A stretch of DNA of 63,086 nt, counting the filler, from Olpidium bornovanus S191 (lineage: Eukaryota; Fungi; Olpidiomycota): the NCBI GenBank assembly GCA_017911155.1. It is 31 parts of 31 records of this genome, joined end to end, with 100 filler letters (N's around TTAATTAATTAA, not from the genome) between each part and the next. Parts side by side here need not be neighbours in the genome. Positions count along the whole stretch, not along the records: positions 22,826 to 24,074 come from JAEFCI010000664.1; positions 24,175 to 25,283 come from JAEFCI010004027.1; positions 25,384 to 32,144 come from JAEFCI010005004.1; positions 32,245 to 33,540 come from JAEFCI010012355.1; positions 33,641 to 35,638 come from JAEFCI010011764.1; 26 more parts are not named here. One strand, written 5' to 3'. This document shows positions 23,021 through 35,172 of the stretch, in pieces (within the stretch, counting starts at the first letter, position 1; each line of letters begins with the position of its first letter). Made by a program: the position numbers and the translations under genes. The notes under the pieces are model-generated. The model was not told the origin of the DNA, made no database searches, and was given only the letters and a program-made list of their open reading frames with translations.

Positions 23021-24019
23021 TCACACCTTCCCTTCCCGGATGGCCTTTCCCACGGGGTTTTCGGCCGTGATGACCCCCGTCTTGTTGAGCCGCTCAAAAA
23101 GGACGAACAGCTTTTCGGCCTCGCGCTCCTTTTCCTCATCCGTCATCGCCGCCAGCTCCGCGTTGGCCCGCTTCGCCGCGTCGATGTACTCGCCCGTTAC
23201 CACGTCATACGGTCGCTCCGGAGAAGACGAGGACAACGAATCAGGGTGCGGAAACGGAATATTGTTCATCACAAGGAAGCCCGCCCCATTGCCAAAGCCT
23301 ATTTCCTTCACGAACTCGGCGGCTGTTCGCGCGCGTTGTGAGCGAGATGTTCGGTTGTAGGCCGCCGGCATCGAGGTCAGCAGGCGTCGCGGAGTTTTGC
23401 CGAAGTGGTCTCACCTCCTAATTGGCAAAAAAGCCAGCTTCAACGGACTCACCGTTTTCCTCGCAAATGCTAAAAAACAGCGTCCCCACGGTTTCCTTCA
23501 GCTTTGGAAAGCGGATGCACGTTAGCAGCCGAATGAGGCGCGCCGACAACGACCTTCCCTTATCGACGGGAAGTGCCCGATCGCTGCCGAACGATTGCCA
23601 GGATAAGCGCCCATTTAAGACAACAAAATCCGCCTGACCGCATCACTCGAAACCACAGCGTCCAATAGACGAGCTTACGATTCCCCGGGGAGGCATTCTT
23701 TCTTAAGCACCTCCCTCGCCTCCTTGTGCTCTGCAGCGATCTTGGTCAGCACAATGGCAAGCGGTGGTAGCACGTTGTCTGTGTCCTCCTTGCCGTGCAC
23801 ATCCGGGTTCTCGGCCTGCGGTTCGGCTTCGTTCCCAATGGGAAGCAAGCACTCCAATGAATCCCTCAGCATTCCGACGAGGCGGTGCACCAGCCCCAGG
23901 TTTCCATTGGGGAACCAAATCTCGCTGTATGCCCCGACGGGGAAGTTGAGCAGCATGTGTAGCGCGCTTGAAACCGGAGGCACTAGCGGGAGCGGTTGCG
24001 GGGTCGGGTACTGGGTCAA
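23021..24019 (-). CDS. RIC8: synembryn/RIC8 G-alpha chaperone and GEF, C-terminal fragment
   Basis: FVKEIGFGNGAGFL..YDVVTGEY..MTDEEKEREAEKLFVLFERLNKTGVI..NPV; upstream exon LPPLAIVLTKIA. Confidence 0.88.
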
Positions 24020-24174
24020 GACCCTTATTGCCGGGTTGAGGAAGCTGGAAATACGACAAGCCTGCGCGTTAGCCNNNNNNNNNNNNNNNNNNNNNNNNNN
24101 NNNNNNNNNNNNNNNNNNTTAATTAATTAANNNNNNNNNNNNNNNNNNNNNNNNNNNNNNNNNNNNNNNNNNNN

Positions 24175-25283
24175 CCATGCGGCGCTTGATCTCCTGCTCG
24201 TGCCCTTCCCGCAAAGCCCTCGTCTCGTTTGCCATCGCTTCCCGCAGCCCGTTCGCCTGCCGCCCGCAATCTTCCCAAATCTTCTCGGCCTCTTTCTCGT
24301 GGCCGGCCAAGATTCGCCCAACTTCTTCCTCGTGGGATTTTTTTAGCGCGGATATCTCGGCGGCCAGCTGCGCCGCCTTGTCGACGGCATTTCGCCTCTC
24401 CTCCTCGAGACGGACTCCATATTGCCGCGCGGCCTCTTCCTTCTCTTCAAATTTGCGGCGCTCCTCGTCGTGTTCGCGGGCCAGCAGAGCAGCTTTCTCG
24501 GTGAGCTCGTCGACGCGGACGGTCAGATTCTCGTTGCGGAATTGGAGCTCCTGCACCTGGCCCAACAGGAGCCCGTTTTCCTCCCAAATAGACCGAATTC
24601 GACCAATGAAGCCCTCGAAAGTGAACCCGGCGGCGCCGTCCGGTGTCGACGCAGAGTCGTCACGGGCGGAATCCTTCTGTACACGTGTCAGTTTGGGACA
24701 GGCGGAAATCTCCCGGTGGAGGTTCTTCAGGAGTCCGAGCATTCGGCCATTATAATCTTTAAGCGCTGCGAAGTCGGCGTTGAGCCTAGCAAGCTCGCCC
24801 TGAAGCTCCTTGGCGACGTCTCCGGCGCGTCCCGGATCGTCCGAGGACTTCCTCGTCCCATTACCGTCTCTGCTATTTTCTGGGGTCTTCGCCGCTGCGA
24901 CGGCCGCCAACGGATATTCGAGGTTGGCATTGGCCGCTGCCGAGCCAAGAGTCTGCTGGTTCGGCCGCCCGCCCAACTCCTCGCGCGTATCGGCACGATC
25001 GTGCCGCATCTCCAATTCCGCCTCGGCCTCCGCGAGCTTGGCCGCGACCTTCGCGTGCTTCGCCTCCATCTCCTTGATAACATTGCGCAGCTGATCGCTG
25101 TGGTCTCGCTCAGCCTGCATCTGTTTAGCAGACAGAGCCTCCCGTTCGGCGAGCACCTGGCGCATGGACTCCTGGACGATAAGCCCGATTTCCTGCGGCA
25201 GGCCGGGGATCGGAGACGCCGCCACCGGCGGCCTGGAAATTTTGAGGGAGCCGATTTCCATCTCTTTCTTAGCGTCCTCCAAC
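24175..25283 (-). CDS. coiled-coil protein, internal fragment
   Basis: Open across the whole contig and rich in E/K/A/R heptad-like sequence. No family recognised. Confidence 0.6.
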
Positions 25284-25383
25284 NNNNNNNNNNNNNNNNN
25301 NNNNNNNNNNNNNNNNNNNNNNNNNNNTTAATTAATTAANNNNNNNNNNNNNNNNNNNNNNNNNNNNNNNNNNNNNNNNNNNN

Positions 25384-26495
25384 CATGTTTTTTACACACG
25401 TCCGGTAACGGCGAAAGAGACATAATTGACGGAAGCGCTGATGATAGCCGGCGTGGATCGAGCTCCGACGGAGTAACCAGCACTGACGGGGATGGTTGCG
25501 TACCGCTCAGACAAACGGCGTCCTGAATACCCTCGTGCAGCATTTGCCGAAGAGATGACCTTTCAGCTATCGGCAACTTGTTCAAAGCGGCCTCCATTTT
25601 TTCTGTCGATGCTGCGGTAGAATCTCTGCCGGTTCCCGGTGGGCTAACCGCGAAACACGGTCTCTCCACAGCTCCAGCTGGAGATAGATCCAGGCCATCC
25701 GAAGCATCGAGTTTGGAAGCGTGGTGGGATCCAAGAAGTGCTTGGCCGCCAGACGTGGCCGTCCCCGTCGGCGACAAACTCCGGCGCAGCGAGCTGGCGT
25801 CGCCAGATGAACAGGAGGGCAGGACGCTCGGGCTGCAAGAGGTTCGTTGGAGTGCTTCGTGCTCGGCTCCTTGCCGTTTCGGAATGAACATCCCGGCGTA
25901 TAATCTCGAAAGCTTCTTCAAGCACGCCACGAGCACATCCGACTTTGGGTTTTTCACAAGCCTTCCGACGCGAGCAGGTAATGAGCAGGTTGGACACAAG
26001 GTATGCTTGCCCACGAATTCATAGATGCACAGCCTTGGTTTCAGAGAAAGGATGTGCTGATCAGCGTGATTTCGATGTACCGGCCGCACGGGGTTCGCGT
26101 CGCAGGCAGGGTCATTTGGCCAACGTCAGCTGAACTACCTGCAAAACTGGTGCCCGCATTCCGACACGGTGTAGGTGTCTTCGAGCAGCTTCGAGCTACG
26201 TGTCAGAGAGACAATTCGTCGGTCAAAAAAATAGGGGAGGTGGGGAAGGTCGGACGCTGCAGCGGGAAAACAGAAAGGTGGGGAAGGTCTCCGCTCGTAC
26301 GACAACCTCCAACGGGCCACCTGTCGCTTTCGTCTTCCAAAAAACGCACCAGAGCCTGCACAGCAGCAGCACCCGCATCCCCAGGATTGCGGCGAAAAGC
26401 CTAGGCGAACAGCCGCGCCGCGACGAAAGGCTTGCAGCGTCCTCGTCCGCATCTTCGCGGCCGCCGTCGTCCACTCGACGTTTGGCGGCGTCCAT
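25384..26495 (-). CDS. N-terminal C3HC4 RING protein, BARD1/BRCA1-like (3' partial)
   Basis: Exons 26495-26350, 26195-26139 and 26033-25384 (contig end) splice to CRLCSKLLEDTYTVSECGHQFCRLCIYEFVGKHTLCPTCSLPARVGRLVKNPKSDVLVACLKKL. The post-RING CP.C..PA....L..N...D..+....KL pattern recalls BARD1. Confidence 0.7.
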
Positions 26496-26886
26496 GTGCA
26501 CCCAAAGCAGCGGTACTATTCCAATCCTGGACGCACCGGGATCGTCAAGGCGCGACCGGCTCCCTTTCCTCCCCGGCGTCTCCACGGATGAAACGCCTGC
26601 GGCCCTCAGCGAAGAGAGGTTGCGTGGTTTCCGACCGGACGCTTAGGTTGAGCGGAGGTGTATCGGTGGGAAGCCCGCGAGCGGGAAATAAATAATAACC
26701 AAAAAAGTAAAATATAAAGCGGGAGAAGCACACACACACACCAGATGAAAGGGTGCGAACTTTTTCCGGCGGCCACGTCTCCGTTTTCAGGCAAAACGCG
26801 GTGCGCATAAATGCGTCACCCGCCGCCCACTCGCTCCCTCTCTCCCGGCCCCGCGCACTGAAACAAGGACGAAGCAGCTGGCGCCC

Positions 26887-29391
26887 ATGGGAGGATCAGA
26901 CAGGGACGCGCTGGTTGACATGGGGTAAAGGAAGACAAAAAACGCGAGAGGGAGAGACGGAGGGAGGGAGATATAGAGAGGGAGAAAATTAGAGAGACAG
27001 ATAGAGAGAGAAGCGGAAAAGTGCGGAGAGCAGAGAGCGACGCGCGCCACCGCGGAAAAGCAAACTCACCTGCGAAAATGACGACAAAACGCGTCTCGCC
27101 AGACCGGCAAGACCGGGTGGTACATTACTGCTTGTTCCTGACGCTCGGTTAAACTTGTTCTCGCTCTCCCTGTTCGCCGCTCGCCGCTATAAAGCTTCCC
27201 GGCCGACCGAGTGTACGCCAAGCCACCGCCCCCCCCCCCTCCTCCTCCCTGACCCGCCGATGAGTTCCGCCGGCCCTTCGGCACGGCGAATGAAAAAAAA
27301 AAGCCTTTTTGCGCGTATAGAACATTTCTTTTACAAACGCCTCGAAGATAGCGCGCACTTTCTTCTCTTGGGCTAAATCCGCCGCTACGCTTATCCAACC
27401 TGCAACGGACGCCGGTGTAGCGACCGGGCCCTTCGAGCCGTGAAGAACGCGGGCCTGCAGCCGGCCATGGACTGGCTGATAAATCATCCCGACGACGAGG
27501 ATGATGGCGGCCCAGCGAGTCAGGGCGGGAGTTCATCTGGACAGGCGTTATCGGGTTCTGCGTCGGAATCCAACACCAGCGGCGATGATCCCGGAGGCAG
27601 CGCCCAACCAGAAGGTCAGTGTCGTTCTCTGCTCCGGACGGGGTGGAAGCGGAAACGTTGGACCTCTGGAAGACTTTTTGGGTAAAAAAAGTTTGGAAAC
27701 GGAATGTTGGAACTTTGTGAGACCAAAATATGGAAGAGGAAAAGCTGGAACTCCGGCAGACTCGTTGCGAGAAGTTGCGTAGATTACCTGATATTGCGCT
27801 TCCGTTTTGTCTCCAATCTTGCTTCTTTTAGTCTGGTTGTCTCTTTACTCTCATCGTTCTTGCTCACTGTTTCTGACGTCGGCAATTTATTAATGTTTTA
27901 TGGGCGGGGACTTTAAATATCCAATTTACAGGTGGAGAGATCAATGACGGAGAGCAGGCTGCGCAGTCCATCAAGTGCGACGACTGCGGCAGGTTTTTCC
28001 GCGATCGTACGTCTTTTCAATGGTCGGCTTCGAGACGTAGACGCCGCCGGGGCTTCCCAAAGAACCGTTAAGCATCTTTTAATGTTGCGACCTTTCTAGC
28101 CGGCGCCGCGGAACGGCACGCGACCATAACTTTGCACGTCAACTTCAGCGAGTCGAGGTCGGCAATCAAGCCGATGTCAGACGAGGAGAAGAAGGCAAAA
28201 CTGGCCGAGCTTAAGGCAAAACTCGCCGAGAAACGAGCAGCGCGGGCCACGGAGGACGCTGCCTCCAGCAAAGACGCCGAGCGGCTGCGCCGCAAAGCCG
28301 GCCAGGACCTGACGGAGATCAAGCAGCAAATGGAGGAAAAGGAGATGGCTAAACTTATGGAGCAGAAACGAAGAGATAAAGTTGAGGAAGCGAAAGCGCG
28401 CGCGGCAATAAAGGCTCAAATCGAGCAGGACAAAGCCGACCGTGCGGCGAGGGTGAGCAGGAGAAACAAAAAAGAGCATATTCGAGACGTGGTGCGCCCG
28501 ATTGTTGCCAAAACTGTCAAAATTTTTCGGTGCTTTGAGGAAGAAGTCTGAAGAGTCCTGCCCGATGTTCCTGCCGACTGCCTGCTCGCAGCGGAACGCG
28601 GACTCCGCGCGGAAAGCCGATGAAGACAAGCGTGCTAAGCAACTAGCTGATGAAATTAGATGCGCGGAGAAGACTGCCGCCGCCGCAAAGGCATATACGG
28701 ACGCCAGACTACAGGTAGGTTTGTTTGCAGCCTTTATGCGCTCCCCTCGCTCGCACTGCGGGTCGGCTTGGCGAAGTCCGTAATCGCCGACAGGAAACCG
28801 TCTGCTGCCAAAACGATTCCGACAACGTCGCGCTATTGTCCGCGCAACCCTATTTTCTTGCACAGATCCGCAAACCCGACGGTTCGACGATCACGGGATC
28901 TTTCAAGGCAGATGACCCGCTATCTGCGGTATATGACTTCTTACGGTCGCAATATCCAGGAGATTTCCAGCTGATCACGACATTTCCGAGGTGCGCCGGC
29001 GGTAGAAGTTTTCGTTTTTTTCCTTGTCATTGGAAGGATGGTCTGTCGGTGGCCGGCGTGCAAACCGGCTGCTGGTGTTTCCTTGGCTTGACTTACAGAG
29101 AGACGTGTTTCCTGCCTTTGCCTTTCCTTCCTTTGCGGCCTTGCAGGAAAGTCCTCGCGGGCCCCGACTTGCAAAAAACATTGCGGGAGCTCAGTAAGTG
29201 CAAAAACACGCTTTGGTTTTGTCGGTGCGGGGCAATAATCCCGTTTGCCGATAGAAAGTGGTTTCGTTGATGCGTGCTATTTTTTAAGCGCTGACCACGG
29301 GATTTTCTTGCCCTGCTCTCATTTCTCCCTTTATCTTCCGATCTTTGAAGTGCTGGTGCCGAGCGCAGCTTTGGCAATGTCGAGGGTGTAG
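26887..29391 (+). CDS. UBA + C2H2 + coiled-coil + UBX protein (UBXN1/SAKS1-like), multi-exon
   Basis: MGGSDRDALVDMG|FPADRV|DRALRAVKNAGLQPAMDWLINHPDD (UBA), SIKCDDCGRFF..HVNFSES, a charged coil, then IRKPDGSTITGSF..TTFPR..LVPSAAL (UBX). Stop TAG at 29389-29391. Confidence 0.9.
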
Positions 29392-30453
29392 AACTGGATA
29401 GAGTCGGGCCAAGTCTTCCGAGCTCGTCTGCGGTGTCTTTGATGCCAATGGTGGCCAAGGAGAGAGGGAGAGTTTGACGATGTCTTCTTCCATTTCTGGT
29501 TGCAGCGGGAGGTGCAAGCTGTCTCTCGGGATCGCTGGGTCAGTACGAAAGGAACTCGGGGCACGAAACACGGCACCACTGGGGCTCTCTCCCGGTGTTT
29601 TTGCTCTTCCGAGATCCCGTTTCAGCGCGCGTGCTCCTTCGCGGTTTGCGATCACCCTGTTTTTTTGTTTTATTTTTCTTCTTCTCACGAACCTTGCATG
29701 CTGGTCTCGGCTGCGTATATCGCGGGTTTGCTGCTGGACGCAGTATGGAGAGTGACCTTCCTGCCGATTATTTCCCCCTGTTTCGAGCAAGCGCGCACGC
29801 CGCGCGAGTTTCCATTTTGTCCCACGTGCGGTCCCGGTCGTCTGCCGCGCGACGGATTTTCCCGCCGTCCTGAGTTCGGTTTGAAACTTCCGGCAAACTC
29901 CCGAGATTCCAAAAATAAAAAAAAAGAAAAAAAAAAGGATCGACGTCCCGCCTGTTGTGTTTATATTGTCAGCGAGAAAGCGCGTATGCGGGAAGGGAGG
30001 ACGGGGAAGGGTGCCGCTGCCTTTTGAGCGGTTGCGGGCGCTAGCTCGGGGTGTGTCCCGCCAGCCTGCGTTGAGTCAGGATTTTAGAGGGACCGGGCGT
30101 CTTCTCCAATAACCGCTCCCAACCAGCTCCTTACCCCCCACCCCACGCACACACAACGGACTCTCTCTCTCTCTTTTTTTTTGTATCTTGGGCGCTGCAA
30201 AAAAAAAAAAAAAAAAAAAAAAACAATTGATGATACAAGAAAACGATATGGTTGTTTGATTTTGTGGTGCATGGCGTGCAAAATGCTTGTTGCCTAGGTC
30301 GAGTTTGTTTTGATCGAGTCCAGCGGAAAAACTCAAAAAAGCGGGAAATGCAGAGGATAGGATGGTGGTGAGGAAGGGTGGGTGGGGCGGGGGGGGGTGG
30401 GGCGAAAGGCATATGCAGCGCAGCCTCATTTCAGCGGCGCGCAACGACTTCTC

Positions 30454-32086
30454 TCACCCCTCTATCTTCTCCACCTCCGCATAAGCTTCTTCCCATACCT
30501 CCACATTCTATTGCGGGTAACAATTGATATAGACGAGTGTCAACGGCGTCAAATCCTTTTTTTTTTTGAGGACACTGATGCGGGCAAACCCATCTTCCCT
30601 TCTTTTCGCCCCGCGACCGCGACCGAGGAGCACACCGGGAAAGCGGACGTCATGGCACCCACGCACCTTTTGGCACCACTTGTGGTGGATGTTGCTAAAC
30701 GCGAGAAGAATGTCGCGGAAGTCGGCCACCTTCACGTTCTGAAACCGATTGAGCTCCTCCTGCAATCCTGCCGAAATTTGCGTCAGGTCGTTCCCGCACT
30801 TTCCGAGCTGCTCTTCCAGCTACGTTTTTTTTTTCCCCGACAGGGGGGAGGACGACATCAGCAGCCCCGCGAAGCCACGCTCTCGTTCCGCCGCCGCGGA
30901 TGGCGAAACACGCACCAGAGCTATCGCATCCCGCGTTTTTCCGATGTTGTTCCGCCGCGTAGCCTCCGGGTCTACATCCATCATCCCTTGGATCCTGTGG
31001 CTCAGGGCGTTGATGAGTTTGGACCCGGAGCCGATACGAATGTTGGGGCTTCTGGATCTCGGTCCCGGGCCGCCGTAGCCGTAGGCGTAGCGTCCGCTGG
31101 CCGCGGAACCCGGAACCGACAATTCCCGGTTCGGGGAAGTGGGCGCGTGTTCGAGCGTCGTCCTCTCCTCGGCGGCGCCGCTCCCGCCGTCCGGCCTCGT
31201 CGGCGGCGCCGCGCCAGCGCTCCGCTGCGAGCCAAGGCCGCCGCCGCCGCCGCCGACGGCCCCCCGGAGCAGCTCGTCGATCCTTCTCGCCTCGTTCTCC
31301 ACGTGCTCCAGGCTTTCCAGAGTCACGCGCTTCTGCGCGAGGGTCTCCGCCGCCTGCTCCACCTGCACGTGCTTCAGCCGCCGGTACTTAAGGACCGACT
31401 TTATTATCTGGGCGAACATCTCGTACTCTTGGAGAGGCTCGCTCACTTCCGCCTCGAGGGCCGTCACCACGCTCGATGAAAACACGTACGACGCGTCGAC
31501 CGCCTGGCCGACTTTCTCGATCGCGGAAGCCAGGTTCCCCGATTCATTGAGACTAAAGACGTTATACAACGCCCCGAGCTCCGCGTAATCGTTCGCCAGG
31601 TCTTTAATTTTTTTTTTTGGGCGCGCGCGCGGCCAGACCGCGGCGCGGTTGAGATTTTGGTAGTGTCCATCGAAGGTCGATCAGGGCTTCGGTTTTCAGG
31701 ATCGGCGTTTCCTCGCCGCTCTCCGCAGTCGCAACGAAGTTATGTGCGCCGTACGTACCCGAGAGCTTCCGAACGACCCTCTTGTGACTCTTGCCAAACG
31801 GGCCGGACAAATGGGCCGCGAACCGGTTCGTGAACGCCTCGCATTCGATGAACCGCGGGTCCGGGTTCTTCAGCGTCTGAGAGGAGCTGGGAACGGCCAG
31901 CGGAGGCGTGCTGCTCGCGCCGCTCGCGGGATTTGCGGCCGTCCCCGGGGAAGCTGTCAACGGGTTGCTGGGGAGGGGGATGAGGGGCGCGGGGTGCAGA
32001 ACTTCAGACTGCCCGGCCGAAAACGCACGACCTCGCCGGTTAGAAGCGGCGACACAATTCCGCGCATTCGGCGGCCACAGGAACAA
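30454..32086 (-). CDS. sorting nexin SNX41/ATG20 family, BAR region (5' partial)
   Basis: LKNPDPRFIECEAFT, DYAELGALYNVFSLNE, SEPLQEYEMFAQIIKSVLKYRRLKHVQ, DVDPEATRRNNIGKT, QEELNRFQ; last exon 30507-30454 NVEVWEEAYAEVEKIEG*. Confidence 0.85.
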
Positions 32087-32244
32087 ATCACAAAAAACAG
32101 AATCAAAGGCTTTCTTCGAAAAGTGGAACGGACCGGCTCCCGCCNNNNNNNNNNNNNNNNNNNNNNNNNNNNNNNNNNNNNNNNNNNNTTAATTAATTAA
32201 NNNNNNNNNNNNNNNNNNNNNNNNNNNNNNNNNNNNNNNNNNNN

Positions 32245-33436
32245 CATGACCACGATCGAGAATAGGGGCTTACCTTCGACAGCCAGCATGGGCGTGGGAA
32301 CACCTTCATTGTTGGCAAGCGAGTCCTGCAGTATGTTCGGGTCCACAACCGCTTTCCGGCAAGCGCGTTCCGCGCGGAGGCCCAGCCAGAAACTAGGAAC
32401 GGCGGCGATCGTCTCAGGGCAAACAGGAACGAAAGAAAAAGAAGAAAAAAAAATACAGAGAAAAAAATAAAGAAAAGAGAACTTACAGCAGCGCAATAGC
32501 CTTCTGAGCGTTGGCGAAAAAGTCTTCTTCGGTCCGGGACGAAGCGATGGCGACCGCAGACACGAGGCCCTGGCTGTGGCCCGTGGCGCCCGCGGCGAAG
32601 AACTGAGCCATGGCGGCCGGGTCTACGCCGAGGACCTTGAACGCGACGTAGTAGCACGCCAGCTGGGTCACCCCGATGAGGGGAAGGCTGATGTGCGCGG
32701 ACAGCAGGCGCTCGGCCGCCGGCCGCGCCTCTGGTTTTTCCAGCCAGGCCGCGAGGTCGATCCTGGCGGCGTGCTCGTCCCGGGCCTCCGGCAGCGCCGA
32801 ATGGTGCGCCAGGGTGAGCGCGGCGCGGCGGACGAAGGGCTCGACGACGCCCTCGTAGGTGCGAACCAGCGCGGCGAGCTCCTCCACGTACTCCTCGACG
32901 TTTCCCTGGCCCCCGAAAACGGCGATCAGCCTGACGCGGCCGGCGCGGGCCGCGCCGAACAAGGCCGAAGCGATCCGCGGCGGCCGTTCGGCGCGCAGCG
33001 GCCCGGACGTCAGCAGGCCGCGGCGTCCGAGGGCGGCGAGGGCGAGGTAGTACGCCCGCAGGACCTCGTTTCTGGCGGACGCCGGGACGCCGGCGACGGC
33101 CGCGTGGACGTCGTTGCCGCGCAGATACCGGGACTCAAGGTGCTGGACGACGACGGAGACCACCGGGAGAAAGTCGAAACCGTCGCCGCCTTCCAGAGTC
33201 CCCTGCGCGGCCCTCTCGCAAGCCAGGGCAAGCACCTTGCCGGTGACCTCGAGCTCGGTGGTCGCCTGCTCGGGCTCCGCTTCGCTCGGACATTCCGCGG
33301 AGAACAGTTCTCTCAACCGCTCGGCAACGGGATACAGCGGAAGGGGAACAAGTATGGTGACCTCAACGCCGCCGCGCTTGAACACGAGAGGACGCGTGCT
33401 CTGCTGGGCGCTCATGTTCAAAGAGTGAGTGGTCAT
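32245..33436 (-). CDS. FAS1: fungal fatty acid synthase beta-type N-terminus (acetyltransferase domain), 3' partial
   Basis: RPLVF..AVFGGQGNVEEYVEEL..LLSAHISLPLIGVTQL..GATGHSQGLVSAVAIA|FWLGLR..EGVPTPMLAV. Confidence 0.93.
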
Positions 33437-33735
33437 AGCGGGGCAACTGCTACCTCAAGGCGAGACAAACGGCGGGGGCGGGGCCTGCGCGCGCGCCGGA
33501 AACGAAGAAAAGAAAAAAAAAAAAAAAAAAAAAGAACCGGNNNNNNNNNNNNNNNNNNNNNNNNNNNNNNNNNNNNNNNNNNNNTTAATTAATTAANNNN
33601 NNNNNNNNNNNNNNNNNNNNNNNNNNNNNNNNNNNNNNNNACCCCCAACTTTCCCCCCCCCCCCCCCCCCCTCCCCTCCCCCCTCCCCCCCCTCTCTGCG
33701 GCAGTGAGTTGCGCGCCGCGACGGTAGGCACATAC

Positions 33736-35019
33736 GACGAGGACCAAATGCTCTATCATTGCCAAGTCCCGTTTGAAGTGGTCGACGGCTTCTTGAACTG
33801 TACCCCATATGGAATTGCCAAAGTCGAAGCACCCTTTGCGGTCAGCGCAGTATTTGCCATTCCGGGTGTTGCGATGGTCAGAGTTGCAGTAGTGCCTGGA
33901 GACCAGCCGGCGGTCCTCAGCCGTCGACGGCACGACAGTCAGAGGATTTTTGCCGTCCTGCGGGTGGGGGTGCGGCGGTGGCCGGTACTGGTCAAAGTAT
34001 GACCAGCCGACCTCTAGCACGATATTGTGATTGGCTTCGTAGACCTCCACGTCCACGGAGACGAAAACGCTCTTGCCATCGCTCACAGCCCGCCGGGCTG
34101 TCTCCAGCACACTTGCCCGCAACGCCGCCGCCTCTCGAGCCTTGATCTTCTTGTTCTCCTTCTGGCACGCGGATAACGCGCTTTTCACCGCGGCAGCGTC
34201 AGAAAAGGTCGCGGTTTCAACTCTCTCAACGTCCTCGGGAGCGGTGGTAGGAAGCGGGAACACTTCCACGGGCGTCCTAAGGCGAGCAGCAAGCTCCTCC
34301 CGGAGTTGGGGCAGGTCGGCAGTCGAAATCAGCACGTGGCGGTACCCGTCAGGCAGAGTTGTGCCTTCGACGGAAGACCGCGAGTTAGGTGCCCAGTCGC
34401 GGGGAGACGGATTGCCAAACCGCGTCGACGCCCACCTGTCCAGAAAGTCACATCTGGATGCGAAACGTAGAAATCTGGTAACAGTGCGGGAACGAATCGT
34501 TCGTCAACGATTGCTGGCCCGAAGAAACCTAAAAAAAAAAAAAAAAAAAAACGAAAAAAACGGGAAAAAAAAAGAAAACCGCAGATGCCCTCCTGTAACA
34601 GTCGCGTTTGCCTTTTCTGCGCGGGAAGGTTTTGACGGCTTTTGGCACTACTCACTCGGCACATCAAAGAAGCCGCGGCTCCACCTTGCGCCCGCGTCGT
34701 CGAAATCCCACTGCTTCGCGTATTTCTCGTAGTGTCCCCTCCAAAACCGCTCGAGCCACTCGCGGCGGTACAAGGCCAAGCCGGCGGACGTGAGCCGGCG
34801 GGCATCCCGACCGGAGCCCGTCCTCCGCCCTGTGCCCCACCCTCCGGCCTGGCCGGCGCTGCTTTCCCTGGAATCCTGCCGCTGGCCCGTCGCGCTGTGG
34901 CCCAGCGTCTGGTGCTGCTGCGTGTGCGGGTCGCGCGTTTGCGCCACCAAGCGGCAGGCGCCGACGAACACCAGATGCTCGTCGTCGTCGTCGTCGTCGT
35001 CGTCTGTGAAGTACTGCAT
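33736..35019 (-). CDS. Gfd2/YDR514C-like DEDDh-fold protein (3' partial)
   Basis: VFVSVDVEVYE..VLEVGWS..HY..RNGKYCADRKGCFDFGNS..LVLV| followed by a donor at 33735. Upstream exons start MQYFTDDD at 35019, with one intron at 34655-34529. Confidence 0.72.
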
Positions 35020-35172
35020 CGTGCGCCGCCTGCCTGCCTGCCTGCCTCTTTGGTGGGCGCCCGCTGGAAACGGAACGGAGGGCGGGGGGGGGGGGGGGGG
35101 GGAGAAAAGGGGGGCAAAGCACGCGTGGCACCCCGCGCACATCCAACCCCTGAAGGACCGGAGACTTTCCCC

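Noticed and set aside
32576-33592. Long antisense or alternative-frame ORFs (also 9925-11400, 17678-18607, 24422-25339, 30382-31479, 47653-48384, 58575-59156)
   Set aside because: Shadow ORFs opposite recognisable genes, expected in high-GC coding DNA.
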